Origin: Candidatus Aenigmatarchaeota archaeon
GTDB lineage: Archaea; Aenigmatarchaeota; Aenigmatarchaeia; JACPZZ01
Direction of reading: 5' to 3'
DNA length: 64,000 nt
Assembly (NCBI GenBank): GCA_016202815.1
Contig: JACQNZ010000004.1
Span: 57,522-121,521, forward strand
The translations under genes and the position numbers were made by a program. Below are positions 29,173 to 39,295 of the stretch, piece by piece (the first letter of the stretch is position 1; every line of letters starts with the position of its first letter). The notes below the pieces were generated by a model, which saw only the letters and a program-made list of their open reading frames with translations, was not told the origin of the DNA and searched no databases.

Positions 29173-31323
29173 TCACGCAGCCTTTTTCTTCCTTCCTTTT
29201 TTCTTCGGCGTTTCGGCTACAGGTTCTTCTTTTTTCGGCCCTTCTGCCGTTTTTGCGGCTTCCTCCGCTTTCGCCGCTTCGGCGGCTATTTTCGCCGGCG
29301 ATTTGCAGTTCATGTCTATGCAATTGCGGAATACACGGCCGACCCTTCTAACTACTATCATGGGCTTTCCGCAGCGGGCGCAGTTTTGTTTTAACGGCTC
29401 TATTAATCCTGTCTGCGGCAGCGGAAATCCGGTTTTGCAGTCCGGGTATGACGAGCAGCCGATGAACCTTTTTCCCGATTTCATGGAGCGGATTATTTTT
29501 AATTCTCCTTTCTCGCAGTTGGGGCATTTGCCGACCAGCTTCGCGGCCCGGCGCATTGTTATGAACGCCTCGAGCAAATTTTCTCCGACAGCCTTTTCGT
29601 TGCTCTTGAAATTCGTGAGGGTTTTTTCCAGGATATCTTTCGCTTCTTTTATGACTGTCTCCTTGTCTATCTCTCCTGCTTGTATCTTTTCCATTTTCGC
29701 TTCAAAGTTCCTTGTAAGCTCCTCGGAAAGGATTTCAGGCGAATACTTTTCCAGAGTGTTGATGACCGTGAGGCCGAGATCAGACACTTCAATTGATTTG
29801 CCAAGCACGTAACCGCGCGAGAACAAGGTGCGCACAATCGTGGCGCGCGTCGCCTTTGTCCCTAGGGAGCGTGATTCCAACTCTTTTACAAGCGAAGCCT
29901 CGTTGTAACGTTTTGGCGGTTGCGTTTCCTTTGAAAGCATTGAAACAGCCGCGGCGAACGACTCGCCTTTCTTGAAATCGGGCAACGAAAGGTCTTCCGC
30001 GGATATGTACGGCTTGTAGAACCTTAGCCAGCCCTCTTCGGTCGTAGTTTTTCCGGTTGCGCTGAAGTTGTTGTTGGCTATTGTGAACGTGTATTTTACA
30101 GACTCTCTTGTGGCTTCTTCGGCAAAGACGGACAGGAACCTTTTCACGATCAGGTCGTACAATTTTTCCTGCTGGGCTGTTAATTTTTGGGGCATTTCAC
30201 CTGTCGGGTATATTGACGGATGCGCAGGATCGGATTTCTCGCCTTCGTTGGGCTTTAACTCGGCTTTTTCAAGCAGAGCTTTGGCAAGCCTTGAGTAGGT
30301 TTTTATCTTGGCGATCTGCCCGATTATTTTGCGATGGCCGAGCTGTTCGGGCAGTTTTTGTGACGATGTGCGAGGATACGAAATTAAGCCGGATTCGTAA
30401 AGCGACTGCGAGAGGTTCTGCGTCTGCATGGGCGTGTAGCCGAACCAGCGGTAGGCCTCGCTCTGCAAGGTCGTCAAATCAAAAGGTACAGGAGGCTTTT
30501 GCTTGTATTTTTTCTTCTCTATCTCAGTCACGACAGCGCCCTTGCCGCTGCAATCGTCCAAAATTTTCTGCGCTTCTTTCTTGTCCCAGAATTTTTCGGT
30601 TTCATGGTTGGCGATTATCTCCATGTCACCCGCCTTAAGGCGAAGCTCCAGCTCCCAGAACGGCGTCGCGACGAACGCGCGTATTTCTTTTTCGCGCTCG
30701 GCGAGCAGCTGCAAGGCAGGGCCCTGCACACGGCCTGTGGAAAGCACGAAGAAACGGCCGGCAGCCTTCATCGCAAGGCTCAATGCACGACTTGTGTTGA
30801 TGCCGTAGTACCAGTCCAGGACATGGCGAGCCAGGCCGGCGTTGACCTGCCCCGTGTCCATGCCGGCAGAAACGTTGTTGTATGACTCTTCCAACTCCGA
30901 CTTGACCAGGGTTGAAAATTTCATCCTTCTGGCATCGTGCACGTTGCATATGTACTCCAGGATGTTTTTCGCTATTACGTCGCCTTCCGTGTCGTAGTCG
31001 GTTGCGACTACAAAATCCGAGGCGTCTTTTGCCAACAAAGCTATGTTATCGAAATATTTCTTGGTGTATGCGCTGCGCTTGTTTTCGTAGATAGGCTTCC
31101 ACATAATGTCGAAAATGGGATATTTCCAGCCCTTTGACGCCTGTTTAAGGCCGAACAAATGGCCGACAGCCGGAACTATGACGAGCCGTTTGCCGCCGCG
31201 GGTTATTTCGTAGTAGCTTGCGCCCTCATCGTTTTTTTGCGTCTCTACCCGGCCTTCGGCTAATGATTGGGCAATGCGAAAAGCGGCTTTTGGCTTTTCC
31301 GAAATAATCAAAGTGTAAGACAT
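29173..31323 (-). CDS. topA: DNA topoisomerase I (type IA) with C-terminal zinc ribbons
   Basis: Toprim N-terminus, active-site region GLISYPRTSS, multiple C-terminal CxxC zinc ribbons and Lys-rich tail. Confidence 0.85.
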   Translation of the reverse strand: MSYTLIISEKPKAAFRIAQSLAEGRVETQKNDEGASYYEITRGGKRLVIVPAVGHLFGLKQASKGWKYPIFDIMWKPIYENKRSAYTKKYFDNIALLAKDASDFVVATDYDTEGDVIAKNILEYICNVHDARRMKFSTLVKSELEESYNNVSAGMDTGQVNAGLARHVLDWYYGINTSRALSLAMKAAGRFFVLSTGRVQGPALQLLAEREKEIRAFVATPFWELELRLKAGDMEIIANHETEKFWDKKEAQKILDDCSGKGAVVTEIEKKKYKQKPPVPFDLTTLQSEAYRWFGYTPMQTQNLSQSLYESGLISYPRTSSQKLPEQLGHRKIIGQIAKIKTYSRLAKALLEKAELKPNEGEKSDPAHPSIYPTGEMPQKLTAQQEKLYDLIVKRFLSVFAEEATRESVKYTFTIANNNFSATGKTTTEEGWLRFYKPYISAEDLSLPDFKKGESFAAAVSMLSKETQPPKRYNEASLVKELESRSLGTKATRATIVRTLFSRGYVLGKSIEVSDLGLTVINTLEKYSPEILSEELTRNFEAKMEKIQAGEIDKETVIKEAKDILEKTLTNFKSNEKAVGENLLEAFITMRRAAKLVGKCPNCEKGELKIIRSMKSGKRFIGCSSYPDCKTGFPLPQTGLIEPLKQNCARCGKPMIVVRRVGRVFRNCIDMNCKSPAKIAAEAAKAEEAAKTAEGPKKEEPVAETPKKKGRKKKAA

Positions 31324-31518
31324 GGAGCCTCAACAGGATAAGATTAACCATATATAATATGGCTGACATAAATACGTTCGGTGCTTTTTACCTTTTTTTT
31401 GTTTTGTCCGAGCATTGTTTATTCGGTAATTTGATCTATGCGTATTTTTTCATAGATAATTTTTATTTGCTTAATTTTTGCTTCATTTGTGAGTTTTTAG
31501 TGAAGTTTTGATGCGTTC

Positions 31519-31725
31519 TTGGTGATCATGTTTATATCTCTGGAGCATGATTTAAGGCTCGTGACAGGCATGAAAATCTGTGGGCATTGCGGGATTGAAT
31601 ATGCAGACTCACGCAGCACCTGTTCTCGCTGCGGAAACAGCCTTAGGAACACAGACCCGCATGCGCCGATAGCCATGGGATCAGGCGGCGCTGTTGAAAG
31701 GCATGCCAACTACAAATCGTGGTGA
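31519..31725 (+). CDS. Small zinc-ribbon protein (putative)
   Basis: CGHCG...CSRCG pattern in 68 aa. Confidence 0.3.
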   Translation: MVIMFISLEHDLRLVTGMKICGHCGIEYADSRSTCSRCGNSLRNTDPHAPIAMGSGGAVERHANYKSW

Positions 31726-31728
31726 CGC

Positions 31729-32151
31729 CTACTTCTGCACGACTATCCTTTCACCGAACGGAATCTTTTTCGGTTCAAAACCCAGACGTTTTGCTTTTTC
31801 CCAGAAGCTCCTGAAAACGTCTTCTGAGACGCGGTTGTACTCCACGCCTTCCTGGCCTTTTGTCTTGACGATGAAGCTTTTGATATCCTCTATCTTTGTG
31901 CACGAAAACTCTGTTACAGGAGAGCCCAAATAATTCAGGATGTCCTCGACGCGCTCCTTGATCACGCCTTTCTTTTTCAGGAGATCGGTCCACATCTTCT
32001 TTTCCGAGGCGTTCAGCGATTTCAGGAAGCATCTTACGCAGGTTAGCTCGTCGCTCTTCGCGATTGCGCATTTATCGCAGGCTATTTCGCTGCACACAGA
32101 ACACACAACAGGTTTTGCGGCGGGTTCGTCGCAGCTTACGCAGTTTACCAT
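31729..32151 (-). CDS. Zinc-finger protein, hypothetical
   Basis: N-terminal CVSC...CSVC...CDKC...CVRC cluster. Confidence 0.4.
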   Translation of the reverse strand: MVNCVSCDEPAAKPVVCSVCSEIACDKCAIAKSDELTCVRCFLKSLNASEKKMWTDLLKKKGVIKERVEDILNYLGSPVTEFSCTKIEDIKSFIVKTKGQEGVEYNRVSEDVFRSFWEKAKRLGFEPKKIPFGERIVVQK

Positions 32152-32210
32152 GCTAATAATTGTCCTCGAAAGCTAAAATTGTTTTTAACATTCCAAGAGT
32201 ATAACAATTT

Positions 32211-32795
32211 ATGGACTTTTCACAATTCGGAAAGGCTTCGGGCCATGTTGAACGGCGTATCAGAAATATAACCGGTTATCTCAGCGGGGGAGGTTTGGGC
32301 GGGCCGGATATGGAGTCTGCTGTGACGGAATACGGCAAGGCCCGCTCGGAATTGGCTTTGGTAGGGTCTTATGCAAAAACGCCGGAACAAAGGCAAAGAT
32401 ACGATAAAGCTTTGGGCGCCCTCAAGGAGGCGGCGGTTTCGATAATAAGCAGGGGCTTGGAAGCGGCCAAAAACGACATCGGTACGTCAGAGGTGTATAT
32501 GCAATTGATGGGCGACGCTTCACCTTCCGCTTATCGCGCCAATGCTCCGAAAGCGCCACGGTCTCCCTTTCCGTTGATGGTCCCGAACTCGGAGCGCGAT
32601 CCTGTTACAGAACGCGCCAAAACACCATACGATGCTATCGACGGCACGGTAAGACGTGCCGAAGGGGCGTTGGGATATTCGAGACGGGTTGCAGAGGCCG
32701 AAAATAATCAAACGATGATTGCGGATATAGATTCTTTGGGGAAAAACGTGGCCGAGTTGAGACGGAAATTGGAAGCACACGCTCGCGGAAGTTAA
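32211..32795 (+). CDS. Hypothetical helical protein (paralog family member)
   Basis: N-terminal FSQFGKASGHVERRIRNITGYL and QRQRYDKALGAL blocks shared with ORFs at 50732 and 51486. Confidence 0.4.
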   Translation: MDFSQFGKASGHVERRIRNITGYLSGGGLGGPDMESAVTEYGKARSELALVGSYAKTPEQRQRYDKALGALKEAAVSIISRGLEAAKNDIGTSEVYMQLMGDASPSAYRANAPKAPRSPFPLMVPNSERDPVTERAKTPYDAIDGTVRRAEGALGYSRRVAEAENNQTMIADIDSLGKNVAELRRKLEAHARGS

Positions 32796-33715
32796 ATTTC
32801 TTTTACCAGGGAGCGGACGGTTTCGCGCACTGTTTGTTCAGAGGAGCGCTTCGGATACCAGCCGAAGCTTTTTGCCAGCGTGATATCAGGCTGGAATATG
32901 CGGATGTCGCCCTTCCAGCCCTTTGCTTCCCTGGCCGTGAATTTTAATCTTGCGGCGACGCCCATCTCTTCGATGACTATTTCCGCTATCCTTCTTACGC
33001 TGATGACGTCATCTGAACCGAGATTAACTATGTTCACAGGCTCGTCCGCGTTCTGGATAACACTTGCGATACCATTGACGCAATCTCCGACATCCATGTA
33101 GCACCTCTGCTGCGTGCCGTCGCCAAGTACTTCCAGCTCCGACGGGTTTTTCCGTATCTTGGCTATGAAATCGTGGGCCGGCCCATGCCGAAGCCGCGGG
33201 CCGCCTATGTTCGCGAAGCGGAATATCCACGATTTCATCGAGAAGCTGTGACAGTACGACGATATTAACGCCTCACAGGCCAGCTTTGACGCTGCGTAAA
33301 GAGAGTGCGGCTTTAACGGCCCATAAGATTCTTTGGTCGGGGTCGGCGCATTGCCGTAGATTATCGCGGACGAGGCGAAGGCGATGCTATTGATGCCGTT
33401 TTCCTTCATAGCCTCGAGTATGTTGTGCGTCATGTTTATGTTGCCGATCATTTCCGGGGAGGATGTCACGCTGGCCAGCGGGTTGGCTGCCAGATGGACG
33501 ACAAGGTCGGCGTCTTTTATCGCTGCTGCCGCAGAGCGTTTGTCGAGAAGGTCGATGTTGACGTAATCCGCATTTTCGTTGATGGTTTTCGCCCGGCCAG
33601 GAGGGAGGTTGTCTGCGACAATGACGGAATTTTTCGCGACCAGAAGGTCCACAAGATGCGAGCCGATGAAGCCTGCGCCGCCTGTGATTAAGATCCGTTT
33701 GTTTTCAAGCTTCAT
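32792..33715 (-). CDS. NAD-dependent epimerase/dehydratase (SDR family)
   Basis: GGAGFIGSHL Rossmann motif and YAASK catalytic motif. Confidence 0.8.
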   Translation of the reverse strand: MKLENKRILITGGAGFIGSHLVDLLVAKNSVIVADNLPPGRAKTINENADYVNIDLLDKRSAAAAIKDADLVVHLAANPLASVTSSPEMIGNINMTHNILEAMKENGINSIAFASSAIIYGNAPTPTKESYGPLKPHSLYAASKLACEALISSYCHSFSMKSWIFRFANIGGPRLRHGPAHDFIAKIRKNPSELEVLGDGTQQRCYMDVGDCVNGIASVIQNADEPVNIVNLGSDDVISVRRIAEIVIEEMGVAARLKFTAREAKGWKGDIRIFQPDITLAKSFGWYPKRSSEQTVRETVRSLVKEI

Positions 33716-33738
33716 GGCTTAGGTATGAATTTTCAGAT

Positions 33739-34287
33739 TTAAAAACAGTTTTCGGGCGTTCGTATCTCTACTTCGTAAAGGCTGTGCCAGTCCGTGGTCT
33801 GGCTCAGTTCGCCCCTGCTATGCGCTATGCCTACCACAGGCCTGTATCTCCGTTCCTTCATCCTGCCGGTTATTTCTTTCAGGTGAGCGGACAGGTAGCC
33901 TTGTTCCGCCGGCTCTACGATCTCAAGGACAGCAAATTCGCCTTCCATCCTTGTTGAGATTCTGAGTTTTGGTGACGATCCGTTTGTTTGGCTTTCCAGT
34001 GATTCGGCAGCGTAAACCCCCATCACAGCCTTCGCTGCAAGGCTGGGGTGGTCCGGCACACTCAACAAAGCTGACAGTACGTTGGAAAGAGAGCCTTCGT
34101 AGGCGCGGGTTTCCAGGTTCACGTCTATGTAAACTCTTATCGGAGGCTTGGGTTTGAATGTGTTGTTGTACTTTGCCAGAGCCTCTTGCGTATTATCGCC
34201 TGCTGCAACGCCGCTTTCCGAAACCATGCATCCACCTTTGGCTAGGAGGAAAAAATTTCTCTCCTCGCGGAGCAAAAAACCCACCAT
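33739..34287 (-). CDS. Hypothetical protein
   Basis: ORF with probable start at internal Met (MVSESG, about 34227); no motif recognised. Confidence 0.35.
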   Translation of the reverse strand: MVGFLLREERNFFLLAKGGCMVSESGVAAGDNTQEALAKYNNTFKPKPPIRVYIDVNLETRAYEGSLSNVLSALLSVPDHPSLAAKAVMGVYAAESLESQTNGSSPKLRISTRMEGEFAVLEIVEPAEQGYLSAHLKEITGRMKERRYRPVVGIAHSRGELSQTTDWHSLYEVEIRTPENCF

Positions 34288-34464
34288 TAATTAGTTCAAA
34301 AAGTATTTATATCAGAAACATAAAATAAAAGTACTACTACAATCAGACTTCTGGACAAAGTTTGATTGATTTGAATCGGATCTGTCTGGACAACAGATTT
34401 TGATTAAGTTTGTGCGCAACTAAATTTCTTCAGAGTTGTTAATGTTTTGCTTCTTAGCGGTGAT

Positions 34465-34512
34465 TAGAAAACCTCTGGGTTTTCTAATTGAGAAAACAAT
34501 TGGTTTTCTCAA
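34465..34512. promoter_or_regulatory. Two adjacent palindromes upstream of ftsZ (TAGAAAACC-N4-GGTTTTCTA and TTGAGAAAAC-N5-GTTTTCTCAA)
   Basis: Read directly; same half-site family as the GGAAAC/GTTTCC palindromes elsewhere. Confidence 0.45.
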
Positions 34513-34615
34513 TGGACGCACCGATAAGAAATTTTTCTAAAGAATAATGGTGAAGCTGGAATAAAAAGTTTTGGGTCCAAACTTTTGGACAAAGTTTTGC
34601 CTAAGGCAAAACGTG

Positions 34616-34639
34616 CATAGGAAACTGAAGTTTCCTATG
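34616..34639. promoter_or_regulatory. 24 bp perfect palindrome CATAGGAAAC-TGAA-GTTTCCTATG upstream of ftsZ
   Basis: Read directly; related copies at 41973-41996, 56874-56897 and a half-site at 62235-62248. Confidence 0.5.
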
Positions 34640-34771
34640 AAGTTTGATCAAAAAGGCGATTTTGGCCGATCGGGGCGCATAATGTGCGCACGAAAGTTAT
34701 TGGGGGTGCGGAAGTTGAGTTTGCTTCAGAACGCCTTTGAAAAGGCGTACGGGTACAAGGAAACAGGGAAC

Positions 34772-35836
34772 ATGGAAAAATTTGACATGAAAACTTTAGA
34801 GGAGAAGATTGCGAGCGAGTTTGGCATCGAAGTCAAGAAAGCTAAGATAATGGTTTTCGGCTGCGGAGGCGGTGGCTGCAACACCATCTCACGATTAACG
34901 GAGATGGGAATCGACGGCGCTGCTACGGTAGCTATCAATACTGACGCCAAAGCGTTGGCGATGACAAAGGCTGACAAGAAGATCCTGATAGGAAAAGAAA
35001 TAACGCGCGGCCTAGGAGCCGGGGGTTATCCTGAGATCGGGAGGAAATCCGCTGAAGAGTCAAGGCAGCAGATCAGGGAATCCATCCAGGGCTGCGACAT
35101 GCTATTCGTTGTGGGTGGCATGGGCGGCGGCACAGGAACAGGGTCAGCGCCTGTCGTTGCGCAAATTGCAAAGGAGATGGGCTCGATGGTAATCGGAACA
35201 GTCACGATGCCTTTCAAGATCGAAGGCGCGCGGATTGTCAAGGCCGAAGACGGTTTGAGCCGCTTACGCGAGAACTGCGACAGCGTGATCGTTATCGAAA
35301 ACGATAAGCTGCTGGAGTTTGCGGGCGATTTGCCGCTTCAACAGGCTTTCGCGCTTGCGGACGAGTTGGTAGCGACCATGATCAAGGGCATTTCGGAAAC
35401 GATTAGCCAGCCATCGTTGGTCAATTTAGACTACGCTGATGTGAAGGCTATAATGCATTCCGGAGGCGTTGCAGCGATCGGGTTTGCGGAATCGTCGACT
35501 TCGAACCGGGCCGAAGACGCTATCCAGAAAGCGTTATCGAATCCGTTAATCGAGGTTGAATATGCCGGCGCTTCGGGCGCTTTGGTGCATATCACAGGCG
35601 GTGCTGACCTCAAGCTGGACGAAGTGAACGTCATAGGCGAATACGTTTCGAAACAACTCGACCCGTCGGCCCAGGTTGTCTGGGGCGCGCGTGTGGTTCC
35701 GAATTTCGGCAACAAAGTGCAGGTGATAACAATCGTAACCGGAGTCAAAAGCCCGTACATACTCGGGCAGGCTTCTGTGGAGCGATTGCAAACGTCTGAA
35801 GTGTCTTCGGAGCTTGGAATCGAGATATTGCGATAG
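34772..35836 (+). CDS. ftsZ: Cell division protein FtsZ
   Basis: GGGTGTG tubulin signature and FtsZ-like flanking blocks; start placed at ATG 34772 because the longer listed ORF runs through the upstream palindromic promoter region. Confidence 0.85.
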   Translation: MEKFDMKTLEEKIASEFGIEVKKAKIMVFGCGGGGCNTISRLTEMGIDGAATVAINTDAKALAMTKADKKILIGKEITRGLGAGGYPEIGRKSAEESRQQIRESIQGCDMLFVVGGMGGGTGTGSAPVVAQIAKEMGSMVIGTVTMPFKIEGARIVKAEDGLSRLRENCDSVIVIENDKLLEFAGDLPLQQAFALADELVATMIKGISETISQPSLVNLDYADVKAIMHSGGVAAIGFAESSTSNRAEDAIQKALSNPLIEVEYAGASGALVHITGGADLKLDEVNVIGEYVSKQLDPSAQVVWGARVVPNFGNKVQVITIVTGVKSPYILGQASVERLQTSEVSSELGIEILR

Positions 35837-35907
35837 AACAACGGTCTTGAGGCAGGTAGGCGAGATAGCCTACCTGCCGATTATTATTTTTTAAATTTTT
35901 GCTGGAA

Positions 35908-36411
35908 TTAGAACTTGTATTCTTCCAATTTGTGAAGTCTGGTCACTAAAACCTCTTTCCAATCGCCGATAATATCCGAGAAGTTTTGCCTGATCTCGTT
36001 TTTCTTTTTTTCAATGTCTTCAGTGCCTGCGGCGAGTATCACAATGTAGAGGTCGTAATCGCCAGCCATTGACATCAGGTCTATTACGCGTGGGCTGGCT
36101 CTCAGGTATTTTATAAATTCTTCGAAACGCGACTGATTAAAATTCTTGAACTTCACGTAGATGTGAACGCCTAACGGAAGCCCTATTATCCCCGTATTTA
36201 CCTGAATTGTGTATTTTGTTATGATCCCGCTCCTTTCCAATTTCATGATCCTTTTTTTGATAGAATCCACGGAAAGGCCGATTTTTTTCGATATCTGCGT
36301 CAACTTTGTCCGCGCGTTTTGTGACAGGATGTTTAGGATGTCGCGGTCTGTCCTGTCTAATTCCCTGTTTTTCGGAGGTTTTTCGTCTTCTTTTTTAAGA
36401 TTTTCGTCCAT
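35908..36411 (-). CDS. Lrp/AsnC-family transcriptional regulator
   Basis: N-terminal HTH (DRDILNILSQNARTKLTQISKKIGLSVDSIKKRIMKLE) plus C-terminal RAM-like domain. Confidence 0.7.
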   Translation of the reverse strand: MDENLKKEDEKPPKNRELDRTDRDILNILSQNARTKLTQISKKIGLSVDSIKKRIMKLERSGIITKYTIQVNTGIIGLPLGVHIYVKFKNFNQSRFEEFIKYLRASPRVIDLMSMAGDYDLYIVILAAGTEDIEKKKNEIRQNFSDIIGDWKEVLVTRLHKLEEYKF

Positions 36412-36647
36412 ATTTCAGCCTATTTATCTTAGTTATTCATCTATTAATATAAATTATCTTATTTTTTAAGTACAATTATGGTAAAAGGATTAATAACTAA
36501 GACACCACTATAGCGTAGTGATAAAAATGACATGCGAAAATTGCGAAAACAAATTTGAACGAACCGCGAAGAACGGCTGGTTCTATGACGAAACCTTTGG
36601 CACAAAGATCGAGGTTGTCAAACAGACAGCGCCAACAGTTTCAATTA

Positions 36648-37235
36648 ATGGAGTTTGAGGGAGGTGCGATGATGGAGGGCATTGATGTAACGAATGAACG
36701 GGATGCAATGGAATTATTTGCAGATTTGTCCGACCCGGGAATAATTGGGAAAATGATGGCTGAAGCCAGATTCGTTGTCCCTCTTATGAGCGAGGAGCCT
36801 TCTACGGTTATCTTGGGCAGTGCTGGTCCTCGGAAATCGACCGATGTTGTAGATTCTGCCGGCGACCTTTACAGAGTTTCAGAGGCTGGTGAACATGCCA
36901 GACCAACGGTCAAAGGCTTTGATATTACTTATGACGTGGGAAAAACAATTGCGGACGCTGAAAGGGCGCTGAAACAACCAGCCGATCGGCGGGGCTATTC
37001 GATGCTCTTGAGAACCAGGGAAGGACTGTACATAACAAAACAATTCGGCGTACATGCAGGGTATTTTGGTGATTATTTCGGGGTCATTGAGCCGGACGGA
37101 AAAGTTATAGCGGACGGCCACAAGCTTGTGAGGCGGGAAAACAAACTTTACGTATTCCGTGGCAAGTACATTGCTCGTTTCGATTATTCTTCGTTGCTGG
37201 AAGAAAACAAAGCCGGCGCGCGAGGTGACCGCTGA
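36648..37235 (+). CDS. Hypothetical protein (tandem paralog A, VKGFDIT family)
   Basis: Shares VKGFDIT block with downstream ORF; start uncertain (ATG 36648 or 36669). Confidence 0.4.
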   Translation: MEFEGGAMMEGIDVTNERDAMELFADLSDPGIIGKMMAEARFVVPLMSEEPSTVILGSAGPRKSTDVVDSAGDLYRVSEAGEHARPTVKGFDITYDVGKTIADAERALKQPADRRGYSMLLRTREGLYITKQFGVHAGYFGDYFGVIEPDGKVIADGHKLVRRENKLYVFRGKYIARFDYSSLLEENKAGARGDR

Positions 37236-37717
37236 TGTCTGTAATTAATCCCGGAATGGACGAAATTGAAATGGAATTTAGTAACAGAAAAAATTATACG
37301 ACAGCGCAGATTTGGGGGCGCGTTGAAAGGTCGAGAGTGGTTTTGTCCAACACAGGCCAAACCATAGATTATGTGGATTCCAGGGGAGACTTGTGTTACG
37401 CTTCCAGATTGTGCCCGCATGAATTCAGAGAAGGTGTGAGTGTGAAAGGTTTTGATATAACCGAAATGCCCTTCGGTTTGGATACAGAACATAAATGGAC
37501 TGTACCGCGCGCTGATTGGCCAGTTCCATTTGCTGATTATCATTTGGTTTTGAAAACCATAGCCGGACTTTATGTGGCGCAGCACGGAGCCGTGTACACT
37601 GTTCACGGGCCTGAACCGGATTACGGCCTGTTGGTGCCCGAAGCGCATGAAATGCTTAGAAGAGGAAAAACGGTATACGGGCTGTTGGGATCAAAGATAA
37701 CGCAGACCAAATTGTAA
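37235..37717 (+). CDS. Hypothetical protein (tandem paralog B, VKGFDIT family)
   Basis: Start overlaps upstream stop; shares VKGFDIT block. Confidence 0.4.
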   Translation: MSVINPGMDEIEMEFSNRKNYTTAQIWGRVERSRVVLSNTGQTIDYVDSRGDLCYASRLCPHEFREGVSVKGFDITEMPFGLDTEHKWTVPRADWPVPFADYHLVLKTIAGLYVAQHGAVYTVHGPEPDYGLLVPEAHEMLRRGKTVYGLLGSKITQTKL

Positions 37718-37728
37718 TTTTCGATTTT

Positions 37729-38523
37729 TTACTCGGCCGAATTCCACAAGAAGTTGAAGTAATTGCCCAAAACATTGGCCGAGGCGTGTTCTGACCTTGT
37801 CCAGAACGCCAAATCCTGCGACTGGTGTTCTGCGTCGTCCGTTAAAGCCACGAGCGACTGCTTGTTGTCCACGATGAAAACGCGGCCGGACGGGTTCGGT
37901 AATTTCCTTACCTCTGCGATCTGGCCAAGCGCCTTGAACGCTTCAGCAGCTTCGCCTTTGTGATGGGCTGCGATCTTTATCGCGATTCCGCTGTCCTTTG
38001 CAGCTTTCAGTGTATCGTAATGGTTGATGTGCAGGTCCTTTAAACCCTGCGATGTTGTTATGATCTGGATGCTGCTTTTTGCGCCTTTGATCATTGCGCC
38101 CACATGCTGGAACACGGAATGGCGGCCCCTTACGGAACCGGTTATTTCCGATGGTTCGACCAGTTTAACGCCGTGGTTGTACAGCTCGGACATTTCCTTT
38201 AAAACGTCGGAGTTCTTTAGCTGTTCGATCTTTTTCATTGTCATTTCCATGTCGATTTTCAGTTTCTGGGATGCGCGGTCCAAAGCCTCTTTTGGGTCCA
38301 CTGCGACATAACGCAACGGCTTGGCGTTTTGTGCGACCAAAAAGCCCTTCGCTGCAAGCGATTCCAGGACGTCATAGCTGCGCGAGCGGGGTACGCTGGC
38401 TATTTCGGCCAACTCGCCGGCTGTGGATGTGCCGCGGGCCAGCAAAGCGACGAAAAGCTTGCGCTCGTAAAGGTTAAGCCCGATATCACGCAGCGAATCA
38501 AGGACTTTTTGCGAAACGACCAT
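37729..38523 (-). CDS. TrmB-family transcriptional regulator
   Basis: N-terminal wHTH (LYERKLFVALLARGTSTAGELAEIASVPRSRSYDVLESL) plus TrmB-like C-terminal domain. Confidence 0.65.
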   Translation of the reverse strand: MVVSQKVLDSLRDIGLNLYERKLFVALLARGTSTAGELAEIASVPRSRSYDVLESLAAKGFLVAQNAKPLRYVAVDPKEALDRASQKLKIDMEMTMKKIEQLKNSDVLKEMSELYNHGVKLVEPSEITGSVRGRHSVFQHVGAMIKGAKSSIQIITTSQGLKDLHINHYDTLKAAKDSGIAIKIAAHHKGEAAEAFKALGQIAEVRKLPNPSGRVFIVDNKQSLVALTDDAEHQSQDLAFWTRSEHASANVLGNYFNFLWNSAE

Positions 38524-38619
38524 ATTTTTTACCAGCTAAATTAACTTAAGATAAGCTTATAAAGGTTTAGTGAAATTTGATGTCACTATTCAGTAGCATA
38601 CGGTGGTGATAACTAAAGG

Positions 38620-39192
38620 ATGTTTTTCGCTATTTATATAGATTTTTATGCCGACCAGTGGAGGCTTATATCTCTAGCATATATTCGATATTTTATGTTC
38701 CGGACAGATAGAAGGCTTGCGTCGAATTATCTCAGGCTTTCGCTGGAGTCCCAGGGGCTGGATGTCGCAGAGGTTGTTGACGTCATTGAACACTTGAAGA
38801 GGGTCAGAACACTCAAACAGGCCGGCCTTAGAAATACAGGTTATACCGAACCTTCCGGAAGCGCATCGTGGAGGATCGGCATTCACGCTTTCGAAACTGA
38901 TTTGCAGTCAACGCCCACTTTGTCCGCGGACACCATTTCCGAGGCTGCCGGCACAGGCTCTCGCGGCTTATACGAAGCTTCGAGGCAGTATCTTGGCGAG
39001 CTTGGATTCAGGTCAGGTTACAAAATACGAAGCTCGGGAGGTTTTGTGGGCGATGAAATCGGTTATGCACGCGGGAACGGCGATTTCTTCGTTGCCGAAG
39101 GCGAGCTGACCTTGCCCAAATCCGGAAAAGAAATGCGGCTTACGGTGTCGATGCGCTACAACGTATCGCAGAAGTCTGCAATACAAAGGTAA
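38620..39192 (+). CDS. Hypothetical protein
   Basis: 190 aa ORF, no motif recognised. Confidence 0.3.
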   Translation: MFFAIYIDFYADQWRLISLAYIRYFMFRTDRRLASNYLRLSLESQGLDVAEVVDVIEHLKRVRTLKQAGLRNTGYTEPSGSASWRIGIHAFETDLQSTPTLSADTISEAAGTGSRGLYEASRQYLGELGFRSGYKIRSSGGFVGDEIGYARGNGDFFVAEGELTLPKSGKEMRLTVSMRYNVSQKSAIQR

Positions 39193-39295
39193 CGTCCCGC
39201 CCGGTTCATTGGTTTTCAAGCAATAAAATTTGATGCCTAAACTTTTTTCAAAAAATAAACAAGTATTAATGACATTCATTATTTTACATACCCGT

